A stretch of DNA of 64,000 bases from an uncultured Spirochaetota bacterium (GCA_963734495.1 CAVTHK010000011.1:192001-256000), one strand, 5' to 3'. Counted from the first letter of the stretch, positions 8,943 to 18,184 are shown. A program made the numbers and translations. The notes: generated by a model not told the origin, from the letters alone.

Positions 8943-9929
8943 CTACATCGTGCGGCCGTAGATTGCGGTCGGGCGATACACGCGGACGAGCTGCCAGCCG
9001 GCCTTGACCGCGCTGGTGAGACCGCCTACGCGGTAGTAGTCGATGGGCACGTACCAGCCGTCGGCCAGCGCTGTCCCATCCTCGGCGCGCCACCCGCGCA
9101 GCTCGAAGGCGGCCTTGCCCGCGGGCCTGGCGGACTGGAGAACGAGGCACACGGCGTGGCCGCCGCTGCCGCGATCGGGGGCGAACGAGCCGACATAGGC
9201 GCTCTTCCCCCAGAACTGCAGGAGCCCCGCCGTGACGAGCGCCCAGTCCTCGCAATCGCCGCTTCCCTCCGCCAGGAACTCGTCGGGCCGCAGCGCGGGG
9301 GTGTTCTCGCGGTATGAGTAGCGGTCCCAGAGCGCCTTCTGGAATGCGACGACCTCGCTCCAGTCGAGGTCTCCGTCGAGATTGCCGTCCGCCTCGGCGT
9401 AGAGGCGCTCGAGCGCTTCGCTCGCGATCCCGGTGGCTTCGCGGAACGCGCGCGTCCGTCCCGCAGGGCCCGGCCGCGCCGGCGGCAGTGGTTGCGGGCG
9501 GTAGACAGCCGGCATCGGCTGCGGCGCCGGCGGCAGCGCGTTGGGCGAATGCGACCCGCCGAAGATCGCGAATGTGATCGCGAGGCCGACCGCCACGCCG
9601 ACACAGCCGCCGAATCCGGACCCCGACCGCGCCTGAGGGGCAGCGACGCGAGGCTCGAGGCGGGGCGCGGGCGTCTTTGGCGGGATGCGGAGCGCAGGCG
9701 GCGCCGGCAGGTCGTCGACCCTCAGAAGCTGCATCCGGTCGGCGCGGAAGGTCCGCTCCGCGCCGCGCAGCCGGCACCACCCCCGCACGTAGATCGCGCC
9801 GTAGCGCGCGTGGACCGTCGGAGAGTCGACGGTGCGGACGGTGCGCTTCCCTTCATTATCCACATAGGAGAAGGTGAGCGTGGCCCCTCGGGACGCGGCC
9901 TCCCTGACGAGGGTGACGGCGCAGGACAT
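8943..9929 (-). CDS. WYL domain - transmembrane helix - EF-hand - transglutaminase-like cysteine protease fusion
   Basis: N-terminal LTFSYVDNEGKRTVRTV...YVRGWCRLRGAERTFRADR (WYL); TM GCVGVAVGLAITFAIFGG; DGNLDGDLDWSE (EF-hand loop); GDCEDWA...GHAV...PID (Cys-His-Asp triad). Confidence 0.75.
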   Translation of the reverse strand: MSCAVTLVREAASRGATLTFSYVDNEGKRTVRTVDSPTVHARYGAIYVRGWCRLRGAERTFRADRMQLLRVDDLPAPPALRIPPKTPAPRLEPRVAAPQARSGSGFGGCVGVAVGLAITFAIFGGSHSPNALPPAPQPMPAVYRPQPLPPARPGPAGRTRAFREATGIASEALERLYAEADGNLDGDLDWSEVVAFQKALWDRYSYRENTPALRPDEFLAEGSGDCEDWALVTAGLLQFWGKSAYVGSFAPDRGSGGHAVCLVLQSARPAGKAAFELRGWRAEDGTALADGWYVPIDYYRVGGLTSAVKAGWQLVRVYRPTAIYGRTM

Positions 9930-9942
9930 CGCTCACTGAGGG

Positions 9943-9959
9943 AGCAAGGGCCGTGCCAG
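9943..9959 (-). promoter_or_regulatory. sigma54 (-24/-12) promoter for the WYL-protease gene
   Basis: Minus strand reads CTGGCACGGCCCTTGCT, matching YTGGCACG-N4-TTGCW. It lies immediately downstream of a sigma54 activator gene. Confidence 0.85.
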
Positions 9960-9984
9960 CGGTTGTGAGGCGCCCCGCAGCCCC

Positions 9985-10009
9985 CCTGCGGCCGCGCTCG
10001 GGCCGCAGG
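9985..10009. repeat. Inverted repeat upstream of the sigma54 promoter (candidate activator site or terminator)
   Basis: CCTGCGGCC-N7-GGCCGCAGG; overlapping CCGCAG-N5-CTGCGG at 9975-9991. Confidence 0.45.
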
Positions 10010-10049
10010 CCGTCACTGCCGTAGCCGTCGCCGGAACCGCGGTTGCCTT

Positions 10050-11645
10050 TCAGCCTTTCTCTTCGTCGCCCTCTTCGGCGCGGGGCGCGAGACCGAACCG
10101 CTCCCGCGCCGCCTTGCGGAACGCCGGGCCCTTGAGCCCGAGCAATCGCGCGGCCGCTTCGCCGTTGCCGCCGGCGCGGGCGAGCGCCTGCTCGTAGTAC
10201 TCGCGCTCGATCGCGTGCAGCACCGCGCGCAGCTCCACCCCCTGGGGCGGCAGCGCGAAATCCCGCAAGCCGACCGCGCGCCCGCGCCTGAAGTGCGCGA
10301 GGAGCCTGACCGGAAGCAGGTCGACCGGCACCTCATCGGCCTGCGAGCCGGCGCAGGCCGAGATGACGGCGTTCTGCAGCTCGCGGACATTCCCGGGCCA
10401 GGGATAGGCGACGAGCAGCGAGGCGGCCTCGTCCGAGAGGCGCTTGCTCTCGCCGCACTGCCTGTTCCAGTCCGCGAGGAAACGGCGCATGAGCAGCGCG
10501 ATGTCCTCGGGCCGCTCGCGCAGGGGCGGGACGGTGATGGTGAACTGCGCGAGTCGCTCGTAGAGGTCGCGGCGGAACGAGCCTTCTTCCACCATCTTCT
10601 CGAGGTCGTGGTTCGTCGCCGCGAGGATGCGCACGTCGACCTTGCGCTCGCGATCCTCGCCGACGGGGATCAGCGTCTTCTCCTCGAGCACGCGCAGCAG
10701 CTTGGGCTGGATGCCGGGCGGCAGGTCGCCGACCTCGTCGAGCAGGACGGTGCCGCCCTCGGCCGCGCGGAGCAGGCCGAGCCGCGCGCTGTCGGCGCCC
10801 GTAAAGGCGCCCCGCCCGTGGCCGAAGAGCTCGCTCTCCACGAGCGTGGGCGTGAACGCCGCGCAGTTCAGGGGGAAGAAGGGCGCTTTGGCGCGGTCGC
10901 TCGCCTCGTGGATCATGCGTGCGATCAACCCCTTGCCGGTCCCGGTCTCGCCCTGGATCAGGACGGAGATCGAGTAGCGGGCTGCCCGCTCGGCGCGTTC
11001 GAGCGCGGCGCGGAACGCGGGGCTCTCACCCACGACGCCTTCGGCCGCGGCGCGGGCGATCCAGCGGGGCGAAGCGGCGGGCGAGGTCGCCCCGTCGGGC
11101 TCGGCGATCCTGACCTCGGGCAGCACGCTGCTCGCGAGGTTGACCTCCTTGACCTTGTACACGCCGGCTGCAAAGCGCGGCGGTATCCCCTGCAGCAGCC
11201 TCGCCTTGAGGAGCCCGGAGCGGGCGAGCAGGAACCACGCGGTCTGCATCTGCGGCGTTCCGGGATCGAGCAGCACCCAGAGCTCCGGCGAGCGGTGGGC
11301 GAGGCTTTCGATCACGCGGCCGGCGGCATCGCGGAGGCGCGCGAAGATCTCCTCGTAGTCGATCGGCGACGCGAGGTCGATCTGCACAAAGGAAAACACG
11401 GGGGGCCGCTCGATCTCGACGCCCGCGATCTCCTCGACGTCGCGCGCGCGAACGAGGTAGTCCGGCCCGGTGCAGAAGAGGAACACGCGGTCGAAGCGGC
11501 GGGCGCCTAACAGGCTGAGCACGGGGCCCGGCTCCAGACCTTCCGGCCCGTCCGCGCGGCGGGGATCGCGGTTGCCGACAAAAGAGAGGAGGACGCGTTC
11601 GGGTGGGGCGGGCCCGCTCGGCTCCGTCGCTTTTCCGGGTGCCAT
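10050..11645 (-). CDS. RtcR-like CARF-domain sigma54-dependent transcriptional activator (bEBP)
   Basis: N-terminal VLLSFVGNRDP...GPVLSLL...FDRVFLF...SPIDYEEI...DPGTPQMQTAW (RtcR/CARF-like); AAA+ GETGTGKG, ESELFGH, GAFTGA, LLDEVG and WPGNVREL; C-terminal HTH AAARLLGL. Confidence 0.88.
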   Translation of the reverse strand: MAPGKATEPSGPAPPERVLLSFVGNRDPRRADGPEGLEPGPVLSLLGARRFDRVFLFCTGPDYLVRARDVEEIAGVEIERPPVFSFVQIDLASPIDYEEIFARLRDAAGRVIESLAHRSPELWVLLDPGTPQMQTAWFLLARSGLLKARLLQGIPPRFAAGVYKVKEVNLASSVLPEVRIAEPDGATSPAASPRWIARAAAEGVVGESPAFRAALERAERAARYSISVLIQGETGTGKGLIARMIHEASDRAKAPFFPLNCAAFTPTLVESELFGHGRGAFTGADSARLGLLRAAEGGTVLLDEVGDLPPGIQPKLLRVLEEKTLIPVGEDRERKVDVRILAATNHDLEKMVEEGSFRRDLYERLAQFTITVPPLRERPEDIALLMRRFLADWNRQCGESKRLSDEAASLLVAYPWPGNVRELQNAVISACAGSQADEVPVDLLPVRLLAHFRRGRAVGLRDFALPPQGVELRAVLHAIEREYYEQALARAGGNGEAAARLLGLKGPAFRKAARERFGLAPRAEEGDEEKG

Positions 11646-11728
11646 CGCACCCAAGCCTAATCGCTGCGGCGGGGGCCCGCAAGCGTCAGGCCGTGCGCCG
11701 GGCCCCGCTGGCCGCTTCAACGACCGCC

Positions 11729-12649
11729 TCACCGCCGCGACCGCGGGCGCAGGCGCACGACCTCCTCGACGGCCGCCGGATCGTCGGGGAACAGGCCCGC
11801 GCGGGCCAGGCGCGGCACGAGATCCGCCCAGCGGCCATCGGCCGCGAAGAGCCTGCGGAACAGCCGAAGCGCCTCGGGCCTGCGCCCGCCGGTGTACATC
11901 GCGAAAGCCGCCCAGAACTGCAGCTCGCTCACTTCGGGCGCTAGACCGGCGGCCGCTTCGTACGCCGCGAGCGCCTCCGCCGGCCGCCCCTCGGCGACGA
12001 AGCTGTCGCCCCTGTCTTCGAGCAGGTAGGCGCGCCGGAGGCGCGTCAGGCGGCGGAGCTCCTCGAGCGGCTCGGGGCTGTCGTCCACGCGGAGGTCGAA
12101 GGTCCGGTCCATCCACGGCTTGCCCGAAGGCTTGCCGCTCACCACCAGGATCGCCGCCGACTGCCTGCCGCGGATGTCGCCGCCGGCCTTCTCGCCTGCC
12201 TCGAGGGCCCGCAGCAGCCGCTCGGCGAGGTCGCCGTCGGCGCTCTCGAACGCATCCTTCATCGCGGGCCACACCGAGGGATTCGCCATCATGTTGGCCT
12301 GCACGGAGAACTGATCGCCGGTGAGGTGGCCGGCGTCCGGGATGCAGCCGGGGCCCGTCCAGGCCGCGACTCCTCCCGCGGCGTCCACCATCGCCACCTG
12401 CCGGCCCTGGGGATGGGCATCGGTCGCAAGCAGCGAGTCGAGCGCGTCGCGCGCCGCGAGGCCCGAGCGCATCTTCTCGAGCCCCAGCGGACCGTAGTCG
12501 GGCAGCACGAGCGACTGCGTGGCGACGACGCCGACGCCCGACTCGGCCCAGGGCACCACCGCGCCCACGGCGAAGTAGTGCGACTGCACCGCCGCTCCCA
12601 GCTCGCCGGTCTGCCGGTCGCGCGCCACGATCGAGTAGGTGTGGACCAA
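11729..12649 (-). CDS. DUF1028 Ntn-hydrolase-like protein with C-terminal TPR
   Basis: TYSIVARD...GAAVQS, RQVAMVD, GGDIRGRQSAA and DLRVDD motifs. Confidence 0.85.
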   Translation of the reverse strand: MVHTYSIVARDRQTGELGAAVQSHYFAVGAVVPWAESGVGVVATQSLVLPDYGPLGLEKMRSGLAARDALDSLLATDAHPQGRQVAMVDAAGGVAAWTGPGCIPDAGHLTGDQFSVQANMMANPSVWPAMKDAFESADGDLAERLLRALEAGEKAGGDIRGRQSAAILVVSGKPSGKPWMDRTFDLRVDDSPEPLEELRRLTRLRRAYLLEDRGDSFVAEGRPAEALAAYEAAAGLAPEVSELQFWAAFAMYTGGRRPEALRLFRRLFAADGRWADLVPRLARAGLFPDDPAAVEEVVRLRPRSRR

Positions 12650-12662
12650 GCGAGCCTCCCTG

Positions 12663-13613
12663 TCAGGCGCGGCCTGCTCTGCCGGCAGCCTTCCCGACGA
12701 CCGTGAGCAGCGACCTGAACGCAGGGTCGCTTCCCGACTGCACGGCCATCCACTTTTCCCGCAGCCGCGAGGTCACGGGTCCTATCCCTCCCTTGCCGAC
12801 GAGTCGGGCATCCACCTCTTTGACGGGGGCGATGAAAGCCGAGGTGCCGGCCGCGAAGACCTCGTCGGCCACGTACAGCTCCGTGAGGTCGACGGGGCGT
12901 TCCAGCGCAGGTATGCCCATGGCGGCCGCGAGCTCGAGCACGGTCCTCCGGTTCATCCCCTCCAGGATGTCGGCCGCCGTGTCCGGCGTGATGACCGTCC
13001 CGCCGCGGACGATAAAGATGTTGGCCGCGGAAAGCTCGCAGACGTGGCCCGCCGCGTCGAGGAAGATGCAGTCGTCGTAGCCCGAGTCGATGGCGTCCTG
13101 CTTGGCGAGCACCGAGTTCACGTAGGCGCCGTTCACCTTGGCGCGCGAGGGGATCGCGTAGTCGGGCACGCGGCGCCACACGCTCGTCTTGAGCCGGGCC
13201 CCGTCCTGCGGAACGATCGGCGTCGCCTCGTAGACGAACATGCTGAGGAGTGTCGAAAGGCCGCGTGACCGCGTGCCGGGCACCAGGTCGGTCACGTGCA
13301 CGGTGGCGCGCACGAACACCCGCTCGCCGATCGCGTTGGACGCCACGAGCTGCCTGACGGCCTGCACGAAGCGCTCCCTGGGCCACGCCGGCTCGAACGT
13401 GTCGATCCCGATGATCCGCGCCGAGTTCACAATGCGCACGTAATGATCGTCGAGCCTGAAGGCCGCCAGGTCGCCGCCGTCCGTCACGTTGACCGGGAAC
13501 ACCGTGTAGACGCTGAGACCATACATCACGGCCGAGCTCGCGATGCTCAGCCTGGCCTCCTCGATCGGCCTGATCGAATCACCGAAGAACGCGCTGCCGT
13601 AGATTCGAGCCAT
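12663..13613 (-). CDS. Branched-chain amino acid aminotransferase-like protein (class IV PLP enzyme)
   Basis: MYGLSVY, FRLDDH, RAKVNGAY, ELSAANIF, ILEGMNRRTV and ADEVFAAGT motifs. Confidence 0.88.
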   Translation of the reverse strand: MARIYGSAFFGDSIRPIEEARLSIASSAVMYGLSVYTVFPVNVTDGGDLAAFRLDDHYVRIVNSARIIGIDTFEPAWPRERFVQAVRQLVASNAIGERVFVRATVHVTDLVPGTRSRGLSTLLSMFVYEATPIVPQDGARLKTSVWRRVPDYAIPSRAKVNGAYVNSVLAKQDAIDSGYDDCIFLDAAGHVCELSAANIFIVRGGTVITPDTAADILEGMNRRTVLELAAAMGIPALERPVDLTELYVADEVFAAGTSAFIAPVKEVDARLVGKGGIGPVTSRLREKWMAVQSGSDPAFRSLLTVVGKAAGRAGRA

Positions 13614-13794
13614 GTCGCACCTGCCTGGGCCACCGCGGCGCGCGGTGGCTACGTGATCATCGTCGATCCCGGCCGGGAGTTCAACAGAGGCGGTCCGCGG
13701 GGCGGCGTGACACGTGTTTGTCATTCCGCGATGGCGCGACTACGTGCAGGATCAATGGGCGACTCGACGATGGAACGTCGGAGGAGGCGCGGCG

Positions 13795-14670
13795 ATGACA
13801 GTCCTTGGCAGAAGGGGAGCGTGGGCGATCCTGCTCGCGCTGGTGCTGACCGCAGGTGCCGCGGCGCAGACCATCCGCGAGAACGGGCTGGTCTATGCCC
13901 GCGCCGGCGACCTGGAGCTCAAGCTCGACCTCGCGCGGCCTCTCAAGCCCGCGGGGCCGGCGCCGGCGATCGTCTTCGTGTTCGGCGGCGGCTTCCGAAC
14001 CAACAGCCGGAGCCAGTGCTACCTGTACGTCGACGAGGCGGCGAGCAAGGGATACGTGGCCGCCGCGGTCGACTACCGGCTCACGAGCGTGAAAGACGCG
14101 AACGGGAAGCCCAAGTACCAGTTCCCGGACCAGGTCCACGACGTGAAGGCGGCCGTCCGCTGGCTGCGCGCGAACGCGGCTCGCTACGGCATCGACCCCG
14201 ACCATATCGGGATCGTGGGCTGGTCTTCCGGGGCGAACCTTTCTCTGATGGTGGGCGATGACGGATCCCTCGGACGGGCTGGAGGGGAACCTCGGCAACC
14301 CGGGCTACTCCAGCAGAGTGCAGGCTGTCACGAGCCTGGCGGGCCCGTGCGACATGGCGCTCCACTATCGAGACGGCGAGCCAGTTCATAGGGCCCTACC
14401 TCGGCGGGACGCCGAGCCGAGATGCCCGAGCGGTACCGCGCGGCGAGCGTCATCACCTACGTGACCCGCGACGACCCGCCCGTCCTCGCGATCCAGGGCA
14501 GCAAGGACACGTTGTGCGTGCCGAAGCAGCTGGAGATCCTCGGCAACCGGATGCGCGAGCTCGGGCTCTCGCACACGGTTGTCATGAAGGAAGGCATGGA
14601 GCACGCCGTCCCCTGGAACGACCCTGCGATGTGGGAGTTCTTCGGCCGAACGCTCAAGGGGGCGCCGTAG
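13795..14670 (+). CDS. Secreted alpha/beta hydrolase (esterase, BD-FAE-like); frameshifted at about 14257 and 14390-14420
   Basis: Signal peptide, FGGGF, VDYRL, DVKAAVRWLR and GWSSG nucleophile elbow; continues in other frames as SSRVQAV and PPVLAIQGSKD...GMEH. Confidence 0.8.
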
Positions 14671-14718
14671 GGGGAGACGGACTCGGGGCCCGGCCGCGCG
14701 CGTCGACCGGGCCCGCCG

Positions 14719-15273
14719 TTACTCGGGCTTGAAGGTTGCGCGGACGTCGGTCACGAGCCTGCCCAACTTCTCAGCGCCGGCAGGTTGGTATGTGGCCTGC
14801 GCCTGCGACGCGTCGGGCTGCTTGCCCACAGTGATCCGCCCGGTCCACAGCACCGTGTTTTCCCACTGCAGGTTGCCTTCGATGCGGTAGACGTAGACGC
14901 CGTCGGGGACGCGCCTTCCCTGCGCGTCGGTGCAGTCCCACGCAAGACTGATCTGCCCGGGTTTCTGCGTCGCCCCGCTGACGGCGTCGATCTGCGCCTG
15001 GGTCCAATCGGCGATCCCCGCGGTCCTGACCCAGGTGGGAACGCTCTGGGCCCGTTTGAGAAAGCCGCGCTTGCGTGCCGTGAAGTCCGTGGCGAACAGG
15101 GTCCGCACGTGACGGCCGTTCTCGTCCTCGATCCACACGGCGATCTGGTTGCTTGCAGTCTTGCCGATGCGATCGAGCCTGTACGTGATCGCCACCCGGC
15201 CGGCCTGAGCCTCCACCCGGGAGGCAAGCCCGAGTCCGAGAGCGAGGAGAATGAGCCCGGTGGCTGCCTTCAT
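14719..15273 (-). CDS. DUF2271-like secreted protein (FlgD Ig-like)
   Basis: Signal peptide; QIAVWIEDENG...VRTL, DAVSGAT and WDCTDAQG...DGVY. Confidence 0.75.
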   Translation of the reverse strand: MKAATGLILLALGLGLASRVEAQAGRVAITYRLDRIGKTASNQIAVWIEDENGRHVRTLFATDFTARKRGFLKRAQSVPTWVRTAGIADWTQAQIDAVSGATQKPGQISLAWDCTDAQGRRVPDGVYVYRIEGNLQWENTVLWTGRITVGKQPDASQAQATYQPAGAEKLGRLVTDVRATFKPE

Positions 15274-16163
15274 TTTTCGCCTCCTTTCTCCTGGTTCGCC
15301 ATCCGGTCATAGGCGCGGTACAGGCACTGGTTGCCGAGCGAGCCTTCGCCGTGCGCCCGCGTCTCGAGGAATAACGAAGAGCACAGCATCGTTCCCGGGA
15401 CCGGGACGTTGCGCCTGAATGCGGCGTCGATGACGATCTTGAGGTCCTTGGTATGAAGGTCGATGCGGAAGTTCGGGCGCGTGTCCCGCTCGAGCATCAG
15501 GGGGCCGAGGTTCTCGAGGATCCAGGAGTTGGCGGCGCCGCCCTTGAGCACCTGGTGCAGGCGGGGGAGGTCGATGCCCTCGGCCCGCGCGAGGGCGAGC
15601 GCTTCGGCGACCGCCTGTATGTGCATGGCCGTGATCAACTGGTTGCACATCTTGGTGCACTGGCCGGCGCCCGCCTCGCCCATCCACGTGATGGTCGTTC
15701 CCATGGCCTGCAGCACCGGGAGGATGTGCTGGAATGCGCTCTGCGGGCCGCCGGCCATGATCGAGAGCGTGCCTTCGATCGCGCCCTTGGCGCCGCCGCT
15801 CACTGGAGCGTCGAAGAAGGTGATCCCCCGCTGCGCCAGCGCTTCCGCGATCTCGCGGGTCACCTGGGGCGAGATGGTGCTCATGTCCACCACGGTGGTG
15901 CCCTTCTTGAGGGTCTCGATCGCGCCACCGGGGCCGAGGATCACGGCGCGGACGTCCGGCGAGTCGGGGAGCATCGTGATGAGCTTGGAGACGCCGGCTG
16001 CGATGTCCCGCACCGACGCGCCTGCTGTGGCGCCGCTCCGCACGGCGTCGCGTACCGCTTCGGCGTTCAAGTCATACGCGACGACCTTGTAGCCGGCCTT
16101 GATGAGGTTGCGCGCCATCGGCCTTCCCATGACTCCGAGGCCGACAAATCCGATCGTTTCCAT
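15270..16163 (-). CDS. NAD(P)-dependent beta-hydroxyacid dehydrogenase (tartronate semialdehyde reductase-like)
   Basis: IGFVGLGVMG, DMSTISP, DAPVSGG and GAGQCTKMCNQ motifs. Confidence 0.9.
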   Translation of the reverse strand: METIGFVGLGVMGRPMARNLIKAGYKVVAYDLNAEAVRDAVRSGATAGASVRDIAAGVSKLITMLPDSPDVRAVILGPGGAIETLKKGTTVVDMSTISPQVTREIAEALAQRGITFFDAPVSGGAKGAIEGTLSIMAGGPQSAFQHILPVLQAMGTTITWMGEAGAGQCTKMCNQLITAMHIQAVAEALALARAEGIDLPRLHQVLKGGAANSWILENLGPLMLERDTRPNFRIDLHTKDLKIVIDAAFRRNVPVPGTMLCSSLFLETRAHGEGSLGNQCLYRAYDRMANQEKGGEK

Positions 16164-16535
16164 GCATTCTCCTTGCCGCGTGCGCGACGGCTGAGTGCCC
16201 GGCAGCGCCGCGGGCCACCGCCACATTGCGCGGGGAGCAGCGCGTGCGCAAGCGCGTCTTGCCCTTCGGCGCTGCCGCGTTTGGGACCGGGGCCCGGGCG
16301 GGGGGCGGGGCCGGTATTGCCGGCGCCTCAAGGCTTTCGAGCCCGCGCCCTGGAGGCTCCGCCGGAAAGGTGGGGGACCTGACGCCGCACCCGCAACGGT
16401 GAATGTGAACTTGGTTATATTCACGCTGAAACGAATGGCTATCGGCAACCGTGCGTTGCGGGTGATGCTCCGAAAAACTGCTTCTCATAGGTACGGGCGC
16501 GCGACCTGATAGTCACGCAATGCGCAGGAGGATCA

Positions 16536-17267
16536 ATGGCAGCTCACAAGACGGTGACGCACGAGCAGTGGCTGGCCGCGCGCAAAAAGCACCTCGTCAA
16601 GGAGAAGGAGTTCACGCGACTTCGCGACCAGCTCAGCAAAGAACGGCGCGAGCTCCCCTGGGAGATAGTCGAGAAGGAATACGTCTTCGAGGGTGAGCGC
16701 GGCCGTCAAACCCTCGCGGACATGTTCGATCGGCGCAGCCAGCTCGTCATCTATCACGCGATGTTCAATCCCGAGACCGCTGGACCGGACACGACCTGGA
16801 CTGCGGACGCGATCTGCTTTGCCTGCTCGTTCTGGATGGACAACTTTAACGGCATCACGGTTCATCTGAATCACCGCGACATCACCATGGCCGCCGTGTC
16901 GCTGGCGCCGTATCCAAAGCTGGCCGCGTACAAGAAGAGGATGGGCTGGACGTTCCCCTGGCTCTCGTCGGTGGGCAGCGATTTCAACTTCGACTACCGC
17001 GTTTCGTTCACCAGAGACGAGCTCAAAGCGGGCAAGGCCGACTACAACTACCGGGTCGATTCCGCGTCGATGTCGGAGGCGCCGGGGATCAGCGTCTTCC
17101 TCAAGGACGAAGACGGTCGGATCTATCACACGTACTCCACGTACGCGCGCGGACTCGACATGCTCAACGTGGCCTATCACTACATGGACCTGGTGCCGAA
17201 GGGCCGCGATGAGGAAGGCGATGGCGGCATGTCGTGGCTTCGACGCCGCGACGAGTATCGCGACTGA
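16536..17267 (+). CDS. DUF899 thioredoxin-like protein
   Basis: WLAARKKHLVKEKEFTR...RRELPW, CFACS, RMGWTFPW and YHTYSTYARG; AGGAGG RBS. Confidence 0.9.
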   Translation: MAAHKTVTHEQWLAARKKHLVKEKEFTRLRDQLSKERRELPWEIVEKEYVFEGERGRQTLADMFDRRSQLVIYHAMFNPETAGPDTTWTADAICFACSFWMDNFNGITVHLNHRDITMAAVSLAPYPKLAAYKKRMGWTFPWLSSVGSDFNFDYRVSFTRDELKAGKADYNYRVDSASMSEAPGISVFLKDEDGRIYHTYSTYARGLDMLNVAYHYMDLVPKGRDEEGDGGMSWLRRRDEYRD

Positions 17268-18079
17268 TGTCCACTATCAAGCTGCTGTCCGCGATCGGGC
17301 TGCTCCGGCCGGCGCGAGGGCGCGCGTTCTGTCCCGCGTGCAAGGGGTGGCTGGGAGGCGACGATGGCGGGAGCGCGGCGTCGGCGCGCGAGATCGCGCC
17401 GCCCGCGCTGGCCGCCGGGGTGGTTCTTGTCGCAGCCGTAGTCGCCTGGATCGTAGTCATCGAGCAGTCGAGGTCGACGGGCGACATGGCGATGGGCCTC
17501 GGATCGCCGGGTTCTTTCGCCGCGGGGTGGCTGCTGATGATGGCGGCGATGATGCTGCCGTCAGCGCTCCCACTGGTGTTCGAGTTCGCGCACCATTCAG
17601 AGCGCCGCCCAGGCTGGCAGGTCGCCACCGGCCTTCTCAGCGCCACCTATCTGGCCGTCTGGCTTGCCTTTGGCGTCGCGGCCTACCTCGTGTACGGCGC
17701 CCTCCGAATGCCCTGGGCCGATCAGCGCCTGATCGGCGGCGCTTCGCTGGTGCTCGCCGGCATCTATGCGGTCACGCCGCTCAAGCGCGCGAGCGAGGCG
17801 CGCTGCCGTGAGCTGTGCGCGCTGCATGGCCCGCTGCCGTTCAACCTGCACCGCAGCGCCGTGCTGGCGGGAGCGCGGTACGGTGTCAGCTGCATCGGCT
17901 GCAGCGCGGGGCTGATGGTCGCGGCGGTCCTGATCGGGATGTCCAGCCTCGGCTGGATGGCGGTCCTCACCGGGCTCGTGATCCTCTACAAGCTGGCTCC
18001 GGCGGGCGGTACCGGGCCGAGGACCGTGCTGGCGGTTGCGGTGGCGGCGCTCGGCGTCCTCTACGCGTTCGGCGCGTAG
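17267..18079 (+). CDS. DUF2182 predicted metal-binding integral membrane protein
   Basis: WLLMMAAMMLPS, TPLK...C and GVSCIGCS; TGATG overlap with the DUF899 gene. Confidence 0.85.
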   Translation: MSTIKLLSAIGLLRPARGRAFCPACKGWLGGDDGGSAASAREIAPPALAAGVVLVAAVVAWIVVIEQSRSTGDMAMGLGSPGSFAAGWLLMMAAMMLPSALPLVFEFAHHSERRPGWQVATGLLSATYLAVWLAFGVAAYLVYGALRMPWADQRLIGGASLVLAGIYAVTPLKRASEARCRELCALHGPLPFNLHRSAVLAGARYGVSCIGCSAGLMVAAVLIGMSSLGWMAVLTGLVILYKLAPAGGTGPRTVLAVAVAALGVLYAFGA

Positions 18080-18184
18080 TCGGAAGACCCGGTAAGCCTC
18101 GGCTGCCTCGGGTTCCGTGGCGCAATGGCGGCCAGCAGCGCGGCCACGCGACCGTGCGCAACATGGCCGCCCAGGGAGGACCCG

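Noticed and set aside
11646-12272. N-terminal extension of the sigma54 activator to 740 aa
   Set aside because: It overlaps the DUF1028 gene in another frame; the CARF-like domain begins just after the ATG at 11645.
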